Assembly (NCBI RefSeq): GCF_006345805.1
Contig: NW_021833260.1
Span: 1-64,000, forward strand
Length of the DNA stretch: 64,000 nucleotides
Direction: 5' to 3'
DNA from: Octopus sinensis
Lineage: Eukaryota
Notes under the pieces: generated by a model
The model's database searches: none
What the model saw: only the letters and a program-made list of their open reading frames with translations
Told to the model about the DNA's origin: nothing
Translations under genes and position numbers: made by a program
Shown here: positions 39,742-53,464 of the stretch, piece after piece
How the letters are laid out: each line of letters begins with the position of its first letter
Position numbering within the stretch: position 1 is the stretch's first letter

Positions 39742-40530
39742 CTAATCTAGGCACAAGGCCCGAAATTTTGGGGAACAGGCCAGTCGATTAGGTCGACCCC
39801 AGTACGCAACTGGTACTCTTGTATATGAAAAGCAAAGTCAACCTCGGCGGAATTTGAACCCAGAACGTAAAGACAGATGAAATATCGCTAAGCACTTAGC
39901 ACGGTGTGCTAACAATCTTGCCAACTCGACGCCTTAAGAAAATTAAGAATAATATTCTTTTCTACTCTAGGCACAAGGCCCGGAATTTTGGGGGGAGGTA
40001 ACCAGTCGATTAGGTCGACCCCAGTACGCAACTAGTACTCTTGTATATGAAAGGCAAAGTCAACCTCGGCGGAATTTGAACCCAGAACGTAAAGACTGAT
40101 GAAATATCGCTAAGCACTTCGCACGGTGTGCTAACAATCTTGCCAACTCGACGTCTTGAGAAAATTAAGAATAATATTCTTTTCTACTCTAGGCAGAAGG
40201 CCCGGAATTTTGGGGGAGGTAACCAGTCGATTAGGTCGACCCCAGTACGCAACTGGTACTCTTGTATATGAAAGGCAAAGTCAACCTCGGCGGAATTTGA
40301 ACCCAGAACGTAAAGACAGATGAAATATCGCTAAGCACTTCGCACGGTGTGCTAACAATCTTGCCAACTCGACGCCTTAAGAAAATTAAGAATAATATTC
40401 TTTTCTACTCTTGGCACAAAGCCTGGAATTTTGGGGGGAGGTAACCAGTCGATTAGGTCGACCCCAGTACGCAACTGGTACTTAATTTATTGATCCCGAA
40501 AGAATGAAAGGCAAAGTCGACCTCGGCGGA
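39742..40530 (-). mobile_element. Tandem array of about 3.5 family-A2 SINE units (about 221 bp period)
   Basis: ctaggcacaagg-like starts at about 39747, 39967, 40189 and 40410. Confidence 0.9.
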
Positions 40531-40589
40531 ACACACTGATCATATTGTATAACGTTCAGGTGTTTATCCATCTGCTATACACTTTTGTA

Positions 40590-40972
40590 GAGGCGCAATG
40601 GCCCAGTGGTTAGGGCAGCGGACTCGCAGTCATAGGATCGCGGTTTCGATTCCTAGACCGGGCGTTGTGAGTGTTTATTGAGCGAAAACACCTAAAAGCT
40701 CCACGAGGCTCCGGCAGGGGATGGTGGTGATCCCTGCTGTACTCTTTCACCACAACTTTCTCTCACTCTTGCTTCCTGTTTCTGTTGTACCTGTATTTCA
40801 AGGGGCTGGCCTTGTCACTCTCTGTGTCACGCTGAATATCCCCGAGAACTACGTTAAGGGTGCACGTGTCTGTGGAGTGCTCAGCCACTTACACGTTAAT
40901 TTCACGAGCAGGCTGTTCCGTTGATTCGGATCAACCGGAACCCTCATCGTCGTAACCGACGGAGTGCTTCCA
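40590..40972 (+). mobile_element. Family-C SINE, near full length
   Basis: gaggcgcaatggcccagtggttagggcagcggactcgc...ggtttcgattcc...cgtcgtaaccgacggagtgc. Confidence 0.85.
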
Positions 40973-41051
40973 TCCATACATTATCATGCTGATGTATTGG
41001 TTTTTAAACAATGATCTTATACACGCTAAACGTGCTGAGTTATGATACTGT

Positions 41052-41278
41052 TTAACCCTTTAGTATTTAAACCTGCCATATCCGGCCAAAATATTTAATC
41101 TGTTTTATATTCAAACTGACCAGATCCAGGCTCTCACACCTACCCTACAATGTTATTCTACATTAAGTAATTACGCCATCAAGATCTTGAAGATATGAGA
41201 TAATGCACGATTAATTCAAATCAATGTGAATCAATAAGCATTATGTTTGATAGAATAATCTGAACACCAAAGGGTTAA
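41052..41278. mobile_element. piggyBac-like MITE
   Basis: TTAA|CCCTTT ... AAAGGG|TTAA termini. Confidence 0.8.
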
Positions 41279-41588
41279 GTGTGTATAACTGTGATCAAAG
41301 TCATGCTGATGGCTATGTGTTTAAACACTGAACACTTGGTTGTAAACGTGCTTAAGTGTTTACGTATGTCATACGCCATGCCATGCATCGATCGCCCAAC
41401 TCTTGGACGAAGTCTTAGGGACGACAACGGCATGATATACGGCGTGTCTTAGGCACCTTTTTAGATCTGACGGAACCAATCCTTCCACAGCGGTGACCAG
41501 AGCCGAATTAATCTAGAAGAAAAGAAAGAAACAAACAGTAAAAAAAAACTCAGTGAAACGAGCAGAGAATGGCTTTGTTAAACTATAC

Positions 41589-41996
41589 GCAGGAGTGGCT
41601 GTGTGGTAAGTAGCTTGTCTACCAACCACATGGTTCCGGGTTCAGTCTCATCGCGTGGCATCTTGGGCAAGTGTCTTCTACTATAGCCTCGGGCCGACCA
41701 AAGCCTTGTGAGTGGATTTGGTAGACGAAACTGAAAGAAGCCCGTCGTATATATGTATATATATATATGTATGCGTGTGTGTGTTTGTGTGTCTGTGTTT
41801 GTCCCCCTAGCATTGCTTGACAACCGATGCTGGTGTGTTTATGTCCCCGTTACTTAGCGGTTCGGCAAAAGAGACCGATATAATAAGTACTGGGCTTACA
41901 AAAGAATAAGTCCCGGGGTCGAGTTGCTCGACTAAAGGTGGTGCTCCAGCATGGCCGCAGTCAAATGACTGAAACAAGTAAAAGAGTAAAGAGTAA
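41589..41996 (+). mobile_element. Family-B SINE, full length
   Basis: tRNA-like head, cttgggcaagtgtcttc CORE-like segment, internal microsatellite, tail ggtgctccagcatggccgcagtcaaatgactgaaacaagtaaaagag. Confidence 0.9.
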
Positions 41997-42188
41997 ACTA
42001 GTGGAGACGAGAATGCATTTAAAGGTTTATTACTTCACGCTCATCAGGGCTTAAGTCGTCAGTTATTTCTGTTTCGTTCATTCAGATTCGTTTAACACTC
42101 ACTACTGACGTCCTTTTGTTCTTCTCCTTCCACCAGAAGTCTCTTTCGCTGCTGCTGGTCAACTTCCTAGCGAGCCGGCAGCGAAGTT

Positions 42189-43146
42189 CCTATTTCTTTA
42201 CTACCCACAAGGGGCTAAACACAGAGGACAGACAAACAAGGACAGACAAACGGATTAAGTCGATTACATCGACCCCAGTGCGTAACTGGTACTTAATTTA
42301 TTGACCCCAAAAGGATGAAAGGCAAAGTCGACATCGGCGGAATTTGAACTCAGAACGTAGCGGCAGACGAACTACCTATTTCTTTACTACCCACAGGGGG
42401 CTAAACACAGAGGACAGACAAACAAGGACAGACAAACGGATTAAGTCGATTACATCGACCCCATGCGTAACTGGTACTTAATTTATCGACCCCGAAAGGA
42501 TGAAAGGCAAAGTCGACCTCGGCGGAATTTGAACTCAGAACGTAACAGCAGACGAACTACCTATTTCTTTACTACCCACAAGGGGCTAAACACAGAGGGG
42601 ACAAACAAGGACAGACAAACGGATTAAGTCGGTTACATCAACCCCAGTGCGTAATTGGTACTTAATTTATCGACCCCGAAAGGATGAAAGGCAAAGTCGA
42701 CCTCGGTGGAATTTGAACTCAGAACGTAACGGCAGACGAACTACCTATTTCTTTACTACCCACAAGGGGCTAAACACAGAGGGGACAAACAAGGACAGAC
42801 AAACGGATTAAATCGATTACATCGACCCCAGTGAGTAACTGGTACTTAATTTATCGACCCCGAAAGGATGAAAGGCAAAGTCGACCTCGGCGGAATTTGA
42901 ACTCAGAACGTAACGGCAGTCGAAATACCTATTTCTTTACTACCCACAAGGGTCTAAACACAGAAGACAGACAAACAAGGACAGACAAACGGATTAAGTC
43001 GATTACATCTAACCCCAGTGCGTAACTGGTACTTAATTTATCGACCCCAAAAGGATGAAAGGCAGAGTCGACCTCAGCGGGATTTGAACTCAGAACGTAA
43101 TGCCAGACGAAATACGGCTACGTATTTCGCCCGCCGCCTTATCGCT
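42189..43146 (-). mobile_element. Family-A SINE pentamer (one head + five about 185-bp bodies) with 15-bp TSD
   Basis: Unit starts at 42189, 42375, 42560, 42744 and 42928; ggcagcgaagttcct at 42177-42191 and 43147-43161. Confidence 0.9.
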
Positions 43147-43449
43147 GGCAGCGAAGTTCCTGTCAACAGTTCGTCTGTCATGAATCAAACCCTACAATAG
43201 CATAAGACATATAATTGATTTATTAACACTTAAAAGCTAACTACGGTGTGATTTGAAATCACATAGTAGACACCCGGAATTATTGCTGCAATTCATTCTA
43301 GCTGACATTAACTCCTTTGCTAATCGATCGCTTTTCATCGATCATTCACAGACCATGAAGATAATGTGTATAAACGTTGAATAGACGCACAATTCTGGTA
43401 TTGTTTCAGTGTCTGGACACGAAACAAGCGCGCGCACACACAAAACGTA

Positions 43450-43486
<37 letters not shown>

Positions 43487-43487
43487 G

Positions 43488-43524
<37 letters not shown>

Positions 43525-43789
43525 GCATACACACTTCTGAAGGCGTATAAACGATTCAACAAGGATGATATAGGGGAGAAATATATAAATACGAGACTGC
43601 GGATATTTTAAAATGAATAATTGGACATGGTAAAGATATGATATAAATTAAACAAAGAATATTATTAACAATTATATAATTAAACAAAGAATACAGATCG
43701 TTGTATAAAAATACACAGTAATTTAAGATATTATTTAAAATCTCGAAAGATATACAACGGGTGTGTAGCCCATCTGATTGTCGCTTAGA

Positions 43790-44005
43790 ATCTTAACTGA
43801 TTGGAAGTGTTATCATGTACATTGTTTTGTCTTGGTGTAAAATATGGGCTGCAGCAAATATTCTGCTCAATACCACAGATTTGCTTGTCACTTGTTTGAC
43901 CATAACCAGTTGACCATGTCTCTTAGTGGCGGACAATATGTGCATTTCTGATCACAAGCAGAAGTAGTGGGGGAGCATCATAGCCGTGTGTTGAAAGGAA
44001 TTCTT
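43790..44005 (+). mobile_element. Family-D repeat 5' portion
   Basis: cttaactgattggaagtgttatcatgtac...gaagtagtgggggagcatcatagccgtgtgttg. Confidence 0.75.
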
Positions 44006-44059
44006 GGATATCGTGCCAGACAATTTTTCAACATCAATCACCAAACATGTTTTGAAATT

Positions 44060-45800
44060 TTTGTAGTCGGAGCTGATCGTGAGCAATCGTTCATGTCGCC
44101 CTTGACATATTACATTTGAGGTAAATCGCATACCATCTAAACCCAGCGATTTACCTCTCGTACAACTCCCCAGCGTCAGTAACTCAACTGCTTTTATCAT
44201 TTGTTTGCAACGAGTTCCCAACTTCTCCACCGAGAGCCACCGTAAGTCGTCGATGTAGTTACTACAGCACACCATCTCCAGTCTACCGTCGCCGACAAAT
44301 ATTTCATCAATGGGCTGCTAGGAAAGCGCACGTAACTGCCTCTGTATATAGAATTCATTCTAGATTTAAGTAATTAAACCTCGTAATTTAGACTTTGTTC
44401 CCATTTTCCGTCTCTGCCATCAGAAATCACCACTAAAGCGTGGTCTATCGATCCTTTCCAAACAGCGGTGAGGCATGCATCCACCGAGGAGTGTCAGAAA
44501 TGCCGCTAAAATGGCAGTTGCGATGCTGTCTGTGGTCGCCTTCTTGTCGATCCTTCCGTAAAATAGCTCTCTTCAGAAAGCCCCTTCACCGGAAGTGTGT
44601 GAATGGTGTAGTATAAGTGGGAGCAATGGCTGAACACTTGTGCTCTGGAAGGGATTCTGTGAGATAAACAACAAAAAAATCAAGAACAGAAATAGTCAAT
44701 GAAGAAGTAATCACATTTTTACTTAAATATCACTGAAACAAGCAAATTTTCAAATCGGTCAAAAAGGCTGATAGTTTTATAATTCTTCAAATTCTCAGAA
44801 AGATTAAGATATGCGTACACAGATCTATGAACAGAATCCACGTATATATGCAAATATTTACCAAAGCTCCTGAGACAGACCCCTGCTATTTACATTGTCT
44901 TCTTAATCCCTAAGTCTTCTGTTACTTTCTCATAGTATCATTTTACGCACTTATCTGCCTCCCTATGTAGAGTTCATTCTAGATTTAAGAAATTATGACT
45001 CGTAATTTAGACTTTGCTCCCATTTTCCGTTTCTGCCACCGAAAATCACCACTAAAGCATGGTCTATCGATTCATTCAGAACAGCGGCGAGTTATGCATC
45101 CACCGAGGGGTGTCAGAAATGCCGCTAAAATGGCAGTTGCAATGCTGTCTGTGATCCCCTTCTTGTCGATCCTTCTATAAAATAACTCAGAAATCCCCTT
45201 CACCGGAGATGTGTGAATGGTGTAATATAAATGGGAGCAATGGCCGAACACCTGCGCTGCTGACTTCTCCGTTTATGTGGTGTCCATATCTAAGAGGTGA
45301 TATTGTTCCACTATTGTTTGTTGTCGCCATATAAATTTCCTATTTCGATCCGTTGCGATTGACTTTGTACGGATTGTTCGCGGTCGACATTCAGACATCA
45401 ATGATATCCATTTAGTAATTGTACAGACAGTTGGAAATGTATGAACAAGTTTGAGACACTTTTACACCCTTCTCTGCTATCAGATATACACACAAAACCA
45501 CAATATGTTTCTCAATGACATTCCTACCTTCCACTGATATTACAGCGTTGGACTTCCTTCAGAATGGTTCTTGATACCTGAAGAAGTCAAGTTCCTTTTC
45601 CCCCGTAGGGGAATATATGACCACCTGTTTATGTAGGTATCGCCTACGCTGCTCTTCAAGTCCACAGTCGCTAATCTAACATCCGGGCCGGGGAAAATAA
45701 TTCGAACCTCAGATCCAGAGTTTTCTGCAAAAAGCACTACGGAAACAGCATTCTTTCTGTGTGAAACAGGTCACATAATTTCCTCTCGAAGAACGGGTGA
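44060..45800 (-). pseudogene. Decayed L1/Tx1-clade ORF2 N-terminal part (APE endonuclease to RT start), internally duplicated
   Basis: VVLFAENSGSEVRIIFPGPDVRL, ELDFFRY and SCTRGKSLGLDG (GKSPGLDG motif) remnants. Confidence 0.55.
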
Positions 45801-45934
45801 TCCGCTAAGTAAAAAAGAAGAAATGGAGTAATTATCGAAAGATACACCTCTAGGAATAATAAGAACCGCAATGTATTGTCTAAAACCACACACACAAAAA
45901 AAAAAGACTACATCAAGAGATGTCTTGGAATAAT

Positions 45935-46125
45935 TCTTTCTACTGGAAGCTCAAGACCTCAAATTACGGGGGAAGGGATTAAGTCGATTACATCGACTCT
46001 AGTACGTGATTGGTACTTATTTAATCGACTGTGAAATGATAAAAGGCAGTGTTGACCTCGGCGAAATTTGAACTCAGAAGGCGGCGGCAGATGAAATACA
46101 GCTGAGCATTTCGCCAGGTTGCTAC
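45935..46125 (-). mobile_element. Family-A2 SINE, degenerate
   Basis: gattaagtcgattacatcgac...gacctcggcgaaatttgaactcag. Confidence 0.7.
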
Positions 46126-46181
46126 CATACTTCTTGGAACAATAATAATAATAATAATAATATAATAATAATAATAATAAT

Positions 46182-46225
<44 letters not shown>

Positions 46226-46244
46226 ATAATAATAATAATAATAA

Positions 46245-46282
<38 letters not shown>

Positions 46283-46723
46283 GAAACATGGAAATACACA
46301 TAACCAAACCCCAAATACAGAATGCTGTGCAAGATTCTACGTCGTTATCGACGATGAATATTCAGTAGTTAGAGCAACGGAATTCATACCCGCCAAAATA
46401 GAAAAAAAAGGAGGAGGAGAGTCGAACTCAATGCTTTACCTGCTACATTATTTATTGACCCCAAAATGGTAGGAGACAAAACTGATCTCAGCATGATTTG
46501 AACTCAGACACAGAAAGCCAGAATGAATGTTCCCCTGACATTTCCTCCGGCACTGGAGATTTTCCAGTTCGTAGTTACTAACCTACTAGAAATATTAACA
46601 AATTCTTCGTCAAATTACAAAATAATTTCTTCAAATGCAAAAGGAGAACACGTGTAGCTTTAAATACACCATGTCTGCAGAAAAGCAAGGTTGGTTACAA
46701 TTGGAGCAACTTCTACTATAAGT

Positions 46724-46744
<21 letters not shown>

Positions 46745-46759
<15 letters not shown>

Positions 46760-47125
46760 GAAATTATTGTATACAGTGCCCAGGTGCACCACAACTTGTC
46801 AAAAAGTGCGTATATAGCATATGCAGTAATGTACAAATGTCTAGGAAGTGAACTGTGTATGAGTCAGATACATGCTTGCGTGTATATGGAGGGGAGAAAA
46901 TCAGGTGTAGTGTTGGCGAATCTCAGGAAGCATGGACGTTTTGAAGGATGCAGTGCTCCGACAACTAACAACTGATGCCAGCAATTTGTTCCATGCTTCA
47001 GCAACTCTTAGCATGAAAAAATGTTTCCGAAAGTCATGGGAGCTGTGCGGTTTTCTGACTTTGTAAACATATCCACGGGTGTTGTTGGATGCAGGCTGAA
47101 AACTGAGCTGTGGGATGGAGTTTGT
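46745..47125 (-). mobile_element. CR1/L2-group LINE 3' end
   Basis: NTRGYVYKVRK...RKHFFMLRVAEAWNKL...FK; 3' UTR ends in (ATT)n. Confidence 0.75.
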
Positions 47126-47874
47126 GAGATAAACACAAGAAAATCTAGAACAGAAATAGTCAATGAAGAAGTAATCACATTTTTACTTAAATATCACTGA
47201 AACAAACAGATTTTTAAATCGGTCAAAATGGCTGATAGTTTTATAATTCTTCAAATTCTCAGAAAGATTAAGATATGCGTACACAGATCTATGAACAGAA
47301 TCCGCGTATATATGCAAATGTTTACCAAAGCCCCTGAGACAGACCCCTGCTATTTACATTGTCTTCTTAATCCCTAAGTCTTCTGTTACTTTCTCATAGT
47401 ATCATTTTACTGTGGTGTTAATAACAACTTAACATCGCTTCGTCGTCACTTCTCGTCCGATAAGTTATTAAACTATCAAACAACGCAAACAGACACCCGA
47501 ATCACGTGATAACAAGGGAGGACCTACGCATCGTTCAATTTGCTAGAAACAGCAGTAAAACTTCCCTTAAATTACGTGTTACCGTCTTTCAGGAAATAAG
47601 ACATTGCATAAATTTAGTGCAGAAGTCGGAGACGATATGTCTTCTATATTCTTCATCACAAGCTCAGGGGGGGGGAGGGGAATGATGTACATCTATCGTC
47701 TTTTCTTTGTTTTAGTCATTGTAATGTGGTTATGTTTGGGCACTGGTTTGAAGGGCTGACTTACCAAGACTTATTTTTAAAGTCTGGTACTTAATTTATC
47801 GGTTCCTTATATCGAAACGCTAAGCTACGAGAACGCTAACAAATCAAAACCGGTTGTCTGGCTGTGGTGGGAAT

Positions 47875-48250
47875 AACACACACACACACACACATACACA
47901 CACACACACACATACATACATACATACACAGATACATACACACACTCACACATGCATACACAAACACACAGACATATACACGCACATATATACACACACC
48001 CACTCACACGCGCATACACAGACACATACACATACACTCACACACGCACGCACACATACACACACGCAAGCACACATATATTCACTCACACACGCATGCA
48101 CAAACACACACCAACACACACATATACACACATACACTCACTCACACACGCATACAAAAAAACACATTTATATACACACACATACATACACGCACTCACT
48201 CACATACGCATACACAAACACACGCACATACACACACACTCACACACGCA
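47875..48250. repeat. (CA)n/(CATA)n inside a degenerate minus-strand family-B SINE
   Basis: Flanked by gtttccgtctaccaaattc and ggtacttaatttatcggttcc remnants. Confidence 0.75.
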
Positions 48251-48707
48251 TACACACACAAACTCACACATTGTTTCCGTCTACCAAATTCATACACGAG
48301 ACATTGGTCACCGCCGGCGCTATAGTAGGAAACTTTTGTCTTGGGTGCTGTAGAGTGGGATTGAACCGGACACTACGTAGCTGCAAAGCCGTACCTGAGC
48401 CTATTGCTCATGATTCTTTACAGAATACTAGAGAAAAATGAGAAGGAGGTATGTATATGTGTATATATATACATATATACATACATGCCTACATATATGG
48501 TGTCTCTCTAACTCTCTATCTATCTTTCTATCCATCTATCTGATTGTCTCTCTCTCTATCTCTCTCTTTCTTTCTATCTATCTGTCTGTCTATCAATTTA
48601 TCAATCTAACAATCTACCTATCTCCTGTCTCTCTATCACTCTCTCGCGCGCTCTCTCGTTTTCTCTCTCTCTTTTGCTCTCCATCCATCCATTCATCTAG
48701 CTGTCAG

Positions 48708-48787
<80 letters not shown>

Positions 48788-48789
48788 GC

Positions 48790-49868
48790 ACCTCTGCCGT
48801 CCTGGGTCGACCTTAAGTGACTTCAACACAACCAAGCATTCTATAGGGGTTTAGTGGAGGGGAGGTACGACGACGACGAGCTCGGGCGAACCTGGACGTC
48901 GACGAGAGTACCTGACCCGCCTGTTCGGGACGACTTTCGGGCCAGGGCCCATGGACAACTTCCAGAGATCCCTGGCTGGCATGCTACCGAGAAGCGCTAC
49001 CCGTTCGGGATAAGCTCTACAGACACGCTCGAGAAACACGGGCCGACCTGCCCGAGATGCGGTCAGAGCGACGAAACCGTTCTGCACGCACTCGTTCGTT
49101 CAGTGTCCAACCAATTTCCGACCTGTGGGCTTATGTCGAACAACTGCTGTCACGTGTGGCGAGTCGGTTTATCAGCTGAGTCTATCGTCAATATTGTCAC
49201 GCCTCCTTCCTTCAAACGGGAAGGAAGAGCTTTTTTCATCATCCTTGTGGCTATGGCGAAAGAATGTATCTGGTGGACGCGTCTGAAAGGATTGGAGACA
49301 ACACTTTCCTCTCTGGTCAATCTCTCATCAACTTCTTCAAGTACCACTTGAAAAGGAAGTGAGAGTAGAGAGGCAAGTTTTGTCTAGCGAATGTTTTAAA
49401 AAAAGATGGGTGAATGTAGCAAGAATGGCACGTATGAATGACGAAGCCACCTTGAGCATAGTCCTATGAACCCAGAAATCGAAAACAGAGAGTTGCTTAT
49501 TGCAAAAAAAAAAAAAAAAAAAAAAATATAAAATGTGACTTCATTGACCGAGGTTACCGTGGTCTTTTCCGTAGGCTTTTCTTTCCACGGGTAAACCTCA
49601 CCTGTCCTCCCCTTTACACTTCATATTGACATTTCTGTGATAACGATCCCTATTGATCAATTTTTTTTCCTCTCCCCCTTTTTTTTTTTTTTTTTTTTTT
49701 TAACCCCCCCCTTTTTTTTTGTCCTCTTTCTCTCCTTTTACGATCCCTTTTGATCGAAACTCCCCTTTCCTTTTTTTTTTTTTTTTTTTTTTTTTTAAAC
49801 CTTCAAAGAAAAGCTCTACCTTGTAATTTGTTCTATCTGTGGTGCAGCCCTTGTGGCTAATAAAGAAA
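48790..49868 (+). mobile_element. Tx1-clade (L1 superfamily) LINE 3' fragment inside (TATC)n
   Basis: LPVRDKLYRH, GPTCPRCGQSDETVLHAL (CCHC knuckle), AMAKECIWWTRLKG, KRWVNVARM; T-rich 3' UTR ending gcccttgtggctaataaagaaa; (CTAT)n on both sides. Confidence 0.85.
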
Positions 49869-49869
49869 C

Positions 49870-49953
49870 ATATCTATCTATCTATCTGTCTGTCTGTCTA
49901 TCTGTCTGTCTATCTGTCTATCTGGCTGTCTATCTATCTATCTATCTATCAAT

Positions 49954-49998
<45 letters not shown>

Positions 49999-50056
49999 AT
50001 ATCTATCTGTCTATCTATCTACCTGGCTGTCTATCTATCTACCTTATCTATCTATC

Positions 50057-50123
<67 letters not shown>

Positions 50124-50125
50124 CC

Positions 50126-50202
<77 letters not shown>

Positions 50203-50225
50203 AATCTATCTATCTATCATTCTAA
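49870..50225. repeat. (TATC)n microsatellite (left half at 48700-48787)
   Basis: Direct reading. Confidence 0.95.
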
Positions 50226-50599
50226 TCTATCTCACTTTCTTTCTCTGAATGTACAAGATGTAATTATAATATACCCAACTACACTCCAGGCCGTTCCTTC
50301 CCCGCCACTCCCGCCACTGCCAGCGCCACCGCCACCGCCGCTAACGCCACTCACCTTTAATCCGCATCATCTGTTGGTGATTCCACACGGATTACTGACT
50401 AGCGTGTTATCGGCGACACTAAATCGTACCTTGTCTTACCCAAGTGGCGTGCAACATCGCTCTTCACGAGGTTTATGCGTTTAGTGTTATTGATTGCGCC
50501 ACACTTTAGCTATCAACAGCCATTTTGCTTCTTCGCTCACAGAATGCATTTACTCGCCATGGTTCTCTGATTTGTTTGTACTTGTGTTCTAAACGTATA

Positions 50600-50763
50600 T
50601 GTATGTATGTGTGTGTGCGTGTGTGTGTGTGTGTGTGTATGTGTGTGTATGTGTAGGTGTGTTCGTGCATGCGTGTATACATTTAACACACAGATGCACA
50701 TACATACACTGAAATATATATGTAGATATATGTACACATCTATATATGTATCTACATACATAT

Positions 50764-50807
<44 letters not shown>

Positions 50808-51297
50808 CACATATATACATGTGTACACACATACATACACATACAAATACATGCATATATATATATATTATATATACATATATATACATACATACATATA
50901 CATATGTATGCGTATAAGCATATTTACATGCATACACATACATTCATTCGTACATACGTTCATACATACATACATACATAAATACATACGTGCATGCATA
51001 CATACATACATACATAGATACAGACATACATATATATATTATGTGTGTGTGTGTGTATGTGTGTTACTTAGTTACATCCCCTTTTCTTCCTTTTTCGTGT
51101 ACTTTATACATTTACTGCTATCTTCGCCCTCAAATTCTGTATTCTTGATTTGTTCAAGTTGTCACGAAACCTATCGTTCCGTATTCAACACTAATCTAAA
51201 CTCGTTTCCTCCTCCTCCTCCTCCTCCTCCTTCTTCTTCTACTTGTTGTTGTTGTTGTTGTTGTTGTTGTACTTCTTCTTTCTTCTTCTTCTTCTTA

Positions 51298-51344
<47 letters not shown>

Positions 51345-51905
51345 TATTATTATTATTGTTATTATTATTATTATTATTATTGTTATTATTATTATTATCA
51401 TTATTATTAATCATATGTTTGTTATTGCTTGTGTCGTTGTTTTTCTACAATTTAATCTACAAAACACACACATACATACGAAAATATATAAAACCACACA
51501 CGCACACACACACATACCCACCCCACACACACACATACCCACACACAAATCATAGTACTGAACGACAAACAACATACGGCACCCACCAACCATACACGAC
51601 AAACAAACACCAAAACCGACAACATAGCGAAAAAACACAAAATACTGTAACTTTAACCTAAATAAATATATAATACAAAAAGAAACGCTACATAACAGAG
51701 TGACCGGAAGCGCAAAAAGAATCTTGCTAACATATATGCAATCACACGCAAATAAACCGCTTATGAACATGACAAATAGTCCAAACTAGAGACACGATTA
51801 TCTGCACAAAACGATAAACGCCATTACAAACACTTTGGGTCTTGCACACGTTGTGAACAACAATTATAGACACCACTGATATACTATATTGTATGTATGC
51901 GTGCA

Positions 51906-51963
<58 letters not shown>

Positions 51964-52095
51964 TAGATAGATAGATAGATAGATGATAGATAGTAGAGGA
52001 TAGATAGATAGACAAATAGATAGATAGACAGATAGATAATGATAGATAGATAGATTACACATACACACATGCATATATATACATATATATATATA

Positions 52096-52137
<42 letters not shown>

Positions 52138-52901
52138 AGATACATATGTATGCGTATAAACATATCTGCATGCATACACCTACATACATTCGTATATACG
52201 TACATACAGGTATACATACATACATACGTGCATGCATACATACATACATACATATATAAATACGTGCATCCATACATACATACATACATACATGCATACA
52301 TACATGCATACATACATACATACATACATACATACATACACATGCATACATACATGCATACATACATGCATACATACATACATACATACATATATAAATA
52401 CGTGCATCCATACATACATACATACATGCATACATACAAACATACATACATACATGCATACATACATACATACATACATACATACATACATACATACATA
52501 CAAACATACATGCATACATACATGCATACATACATACATACATACATACATACACATGCATACATACATGCATACATACATACATTCATACATACATACA
52601 TACATGCATACATACATGCATACATACATGCATACATACATACATACATACATATATAAATACGTGCATCCATACATACATACATACATGCATACATACA
52701 TACATACATACATACATACATACATACATACATGCATACATACATGCATACATACATGCATACATACATACATACATACATACATGCATGCATACAAACA
52801 TACATACATACATACATACATACATACATACATGCATACATACATACATACATACATACATACATACATACATACATACATACATTCATACATACATACA
52901 T
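50600..52901. repeat. Mixed (TG)/(TA)/(ATT)/(GATA)/(CATA) repeat region
   Basis: Direct reading; long (CATA)n at 52200-52901. Confidence 0.85.
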
Positions 52902-53036
52902 AGAGCGGATATTAACTTAAAGCTGAAGATCAGTGAAAAAGATAATTATTGAGAAATTATTGAATTATTGAGAAATCTGCAGTTACTCTATCCAGACTAC
53001 AAGTTCACGTTTTTACCTGTAATTATTAGGGCCCTG
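52902..53036 (+). mobile_element. RLE C-terminal fragment of a non-LTR element abutting (CATA)n
   Basis: RADINLKLKISEKDNY...LLRNLQLLYPDYKFTFLPVIIRAL. Confidence 0.55.
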
Positions 53037-53464
53037 CTTTCTCTATTATTCTTTTATTCTTTTTTATTCTTTTACTTGTCTCAGTCAATCCATTGGGCTA
53101 TTACATGTGGAGCGTTGTTGAGAGTGAGGTCAAAGAACACGCCCATAACACAAAAGCTACCATAGTCAGAGGTATGTCCAAAATGAACCAGGACCACTTG
53201 ATTCGAGCATGTAGATAATTTATATCTCATTTAGAAGCAGTGCCGAAGCTGAAGGTGGCTTTATTGAATAAATATTAAAGAAGGTTTAATTTTATTAAAG
53301 AAGGTTTAATAAATATTAAAGAAGGTTTAATTTTATTAAAGAAGGTTTAATTTTATCCTCAAAGCATTTTTTGATAAATATAGTTATCTGTTAAATGTTT
53401 ATTTTATTTCTTTTTATAAACATAAATCTGTCCTGAAATATCTTACGCACCCTGTATTTTATAT

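Noticed and set aside
42030-42090. Minus-strand CTGATGAG near GAAAC as a type-II hammerhead
   Set aside because: Position 16.1 is not U, and stems I and II do not pair adequately; likely a chance match.
42189-43146. Retrozyme-like tandem with a hammerhead at the unit junction (gaaatacctatttc hairpin)
   Set aside because: There is no CUGANGA-type core (canonical or 3-8 covariant) in either orientation. SINE self-insertion explains the junction.
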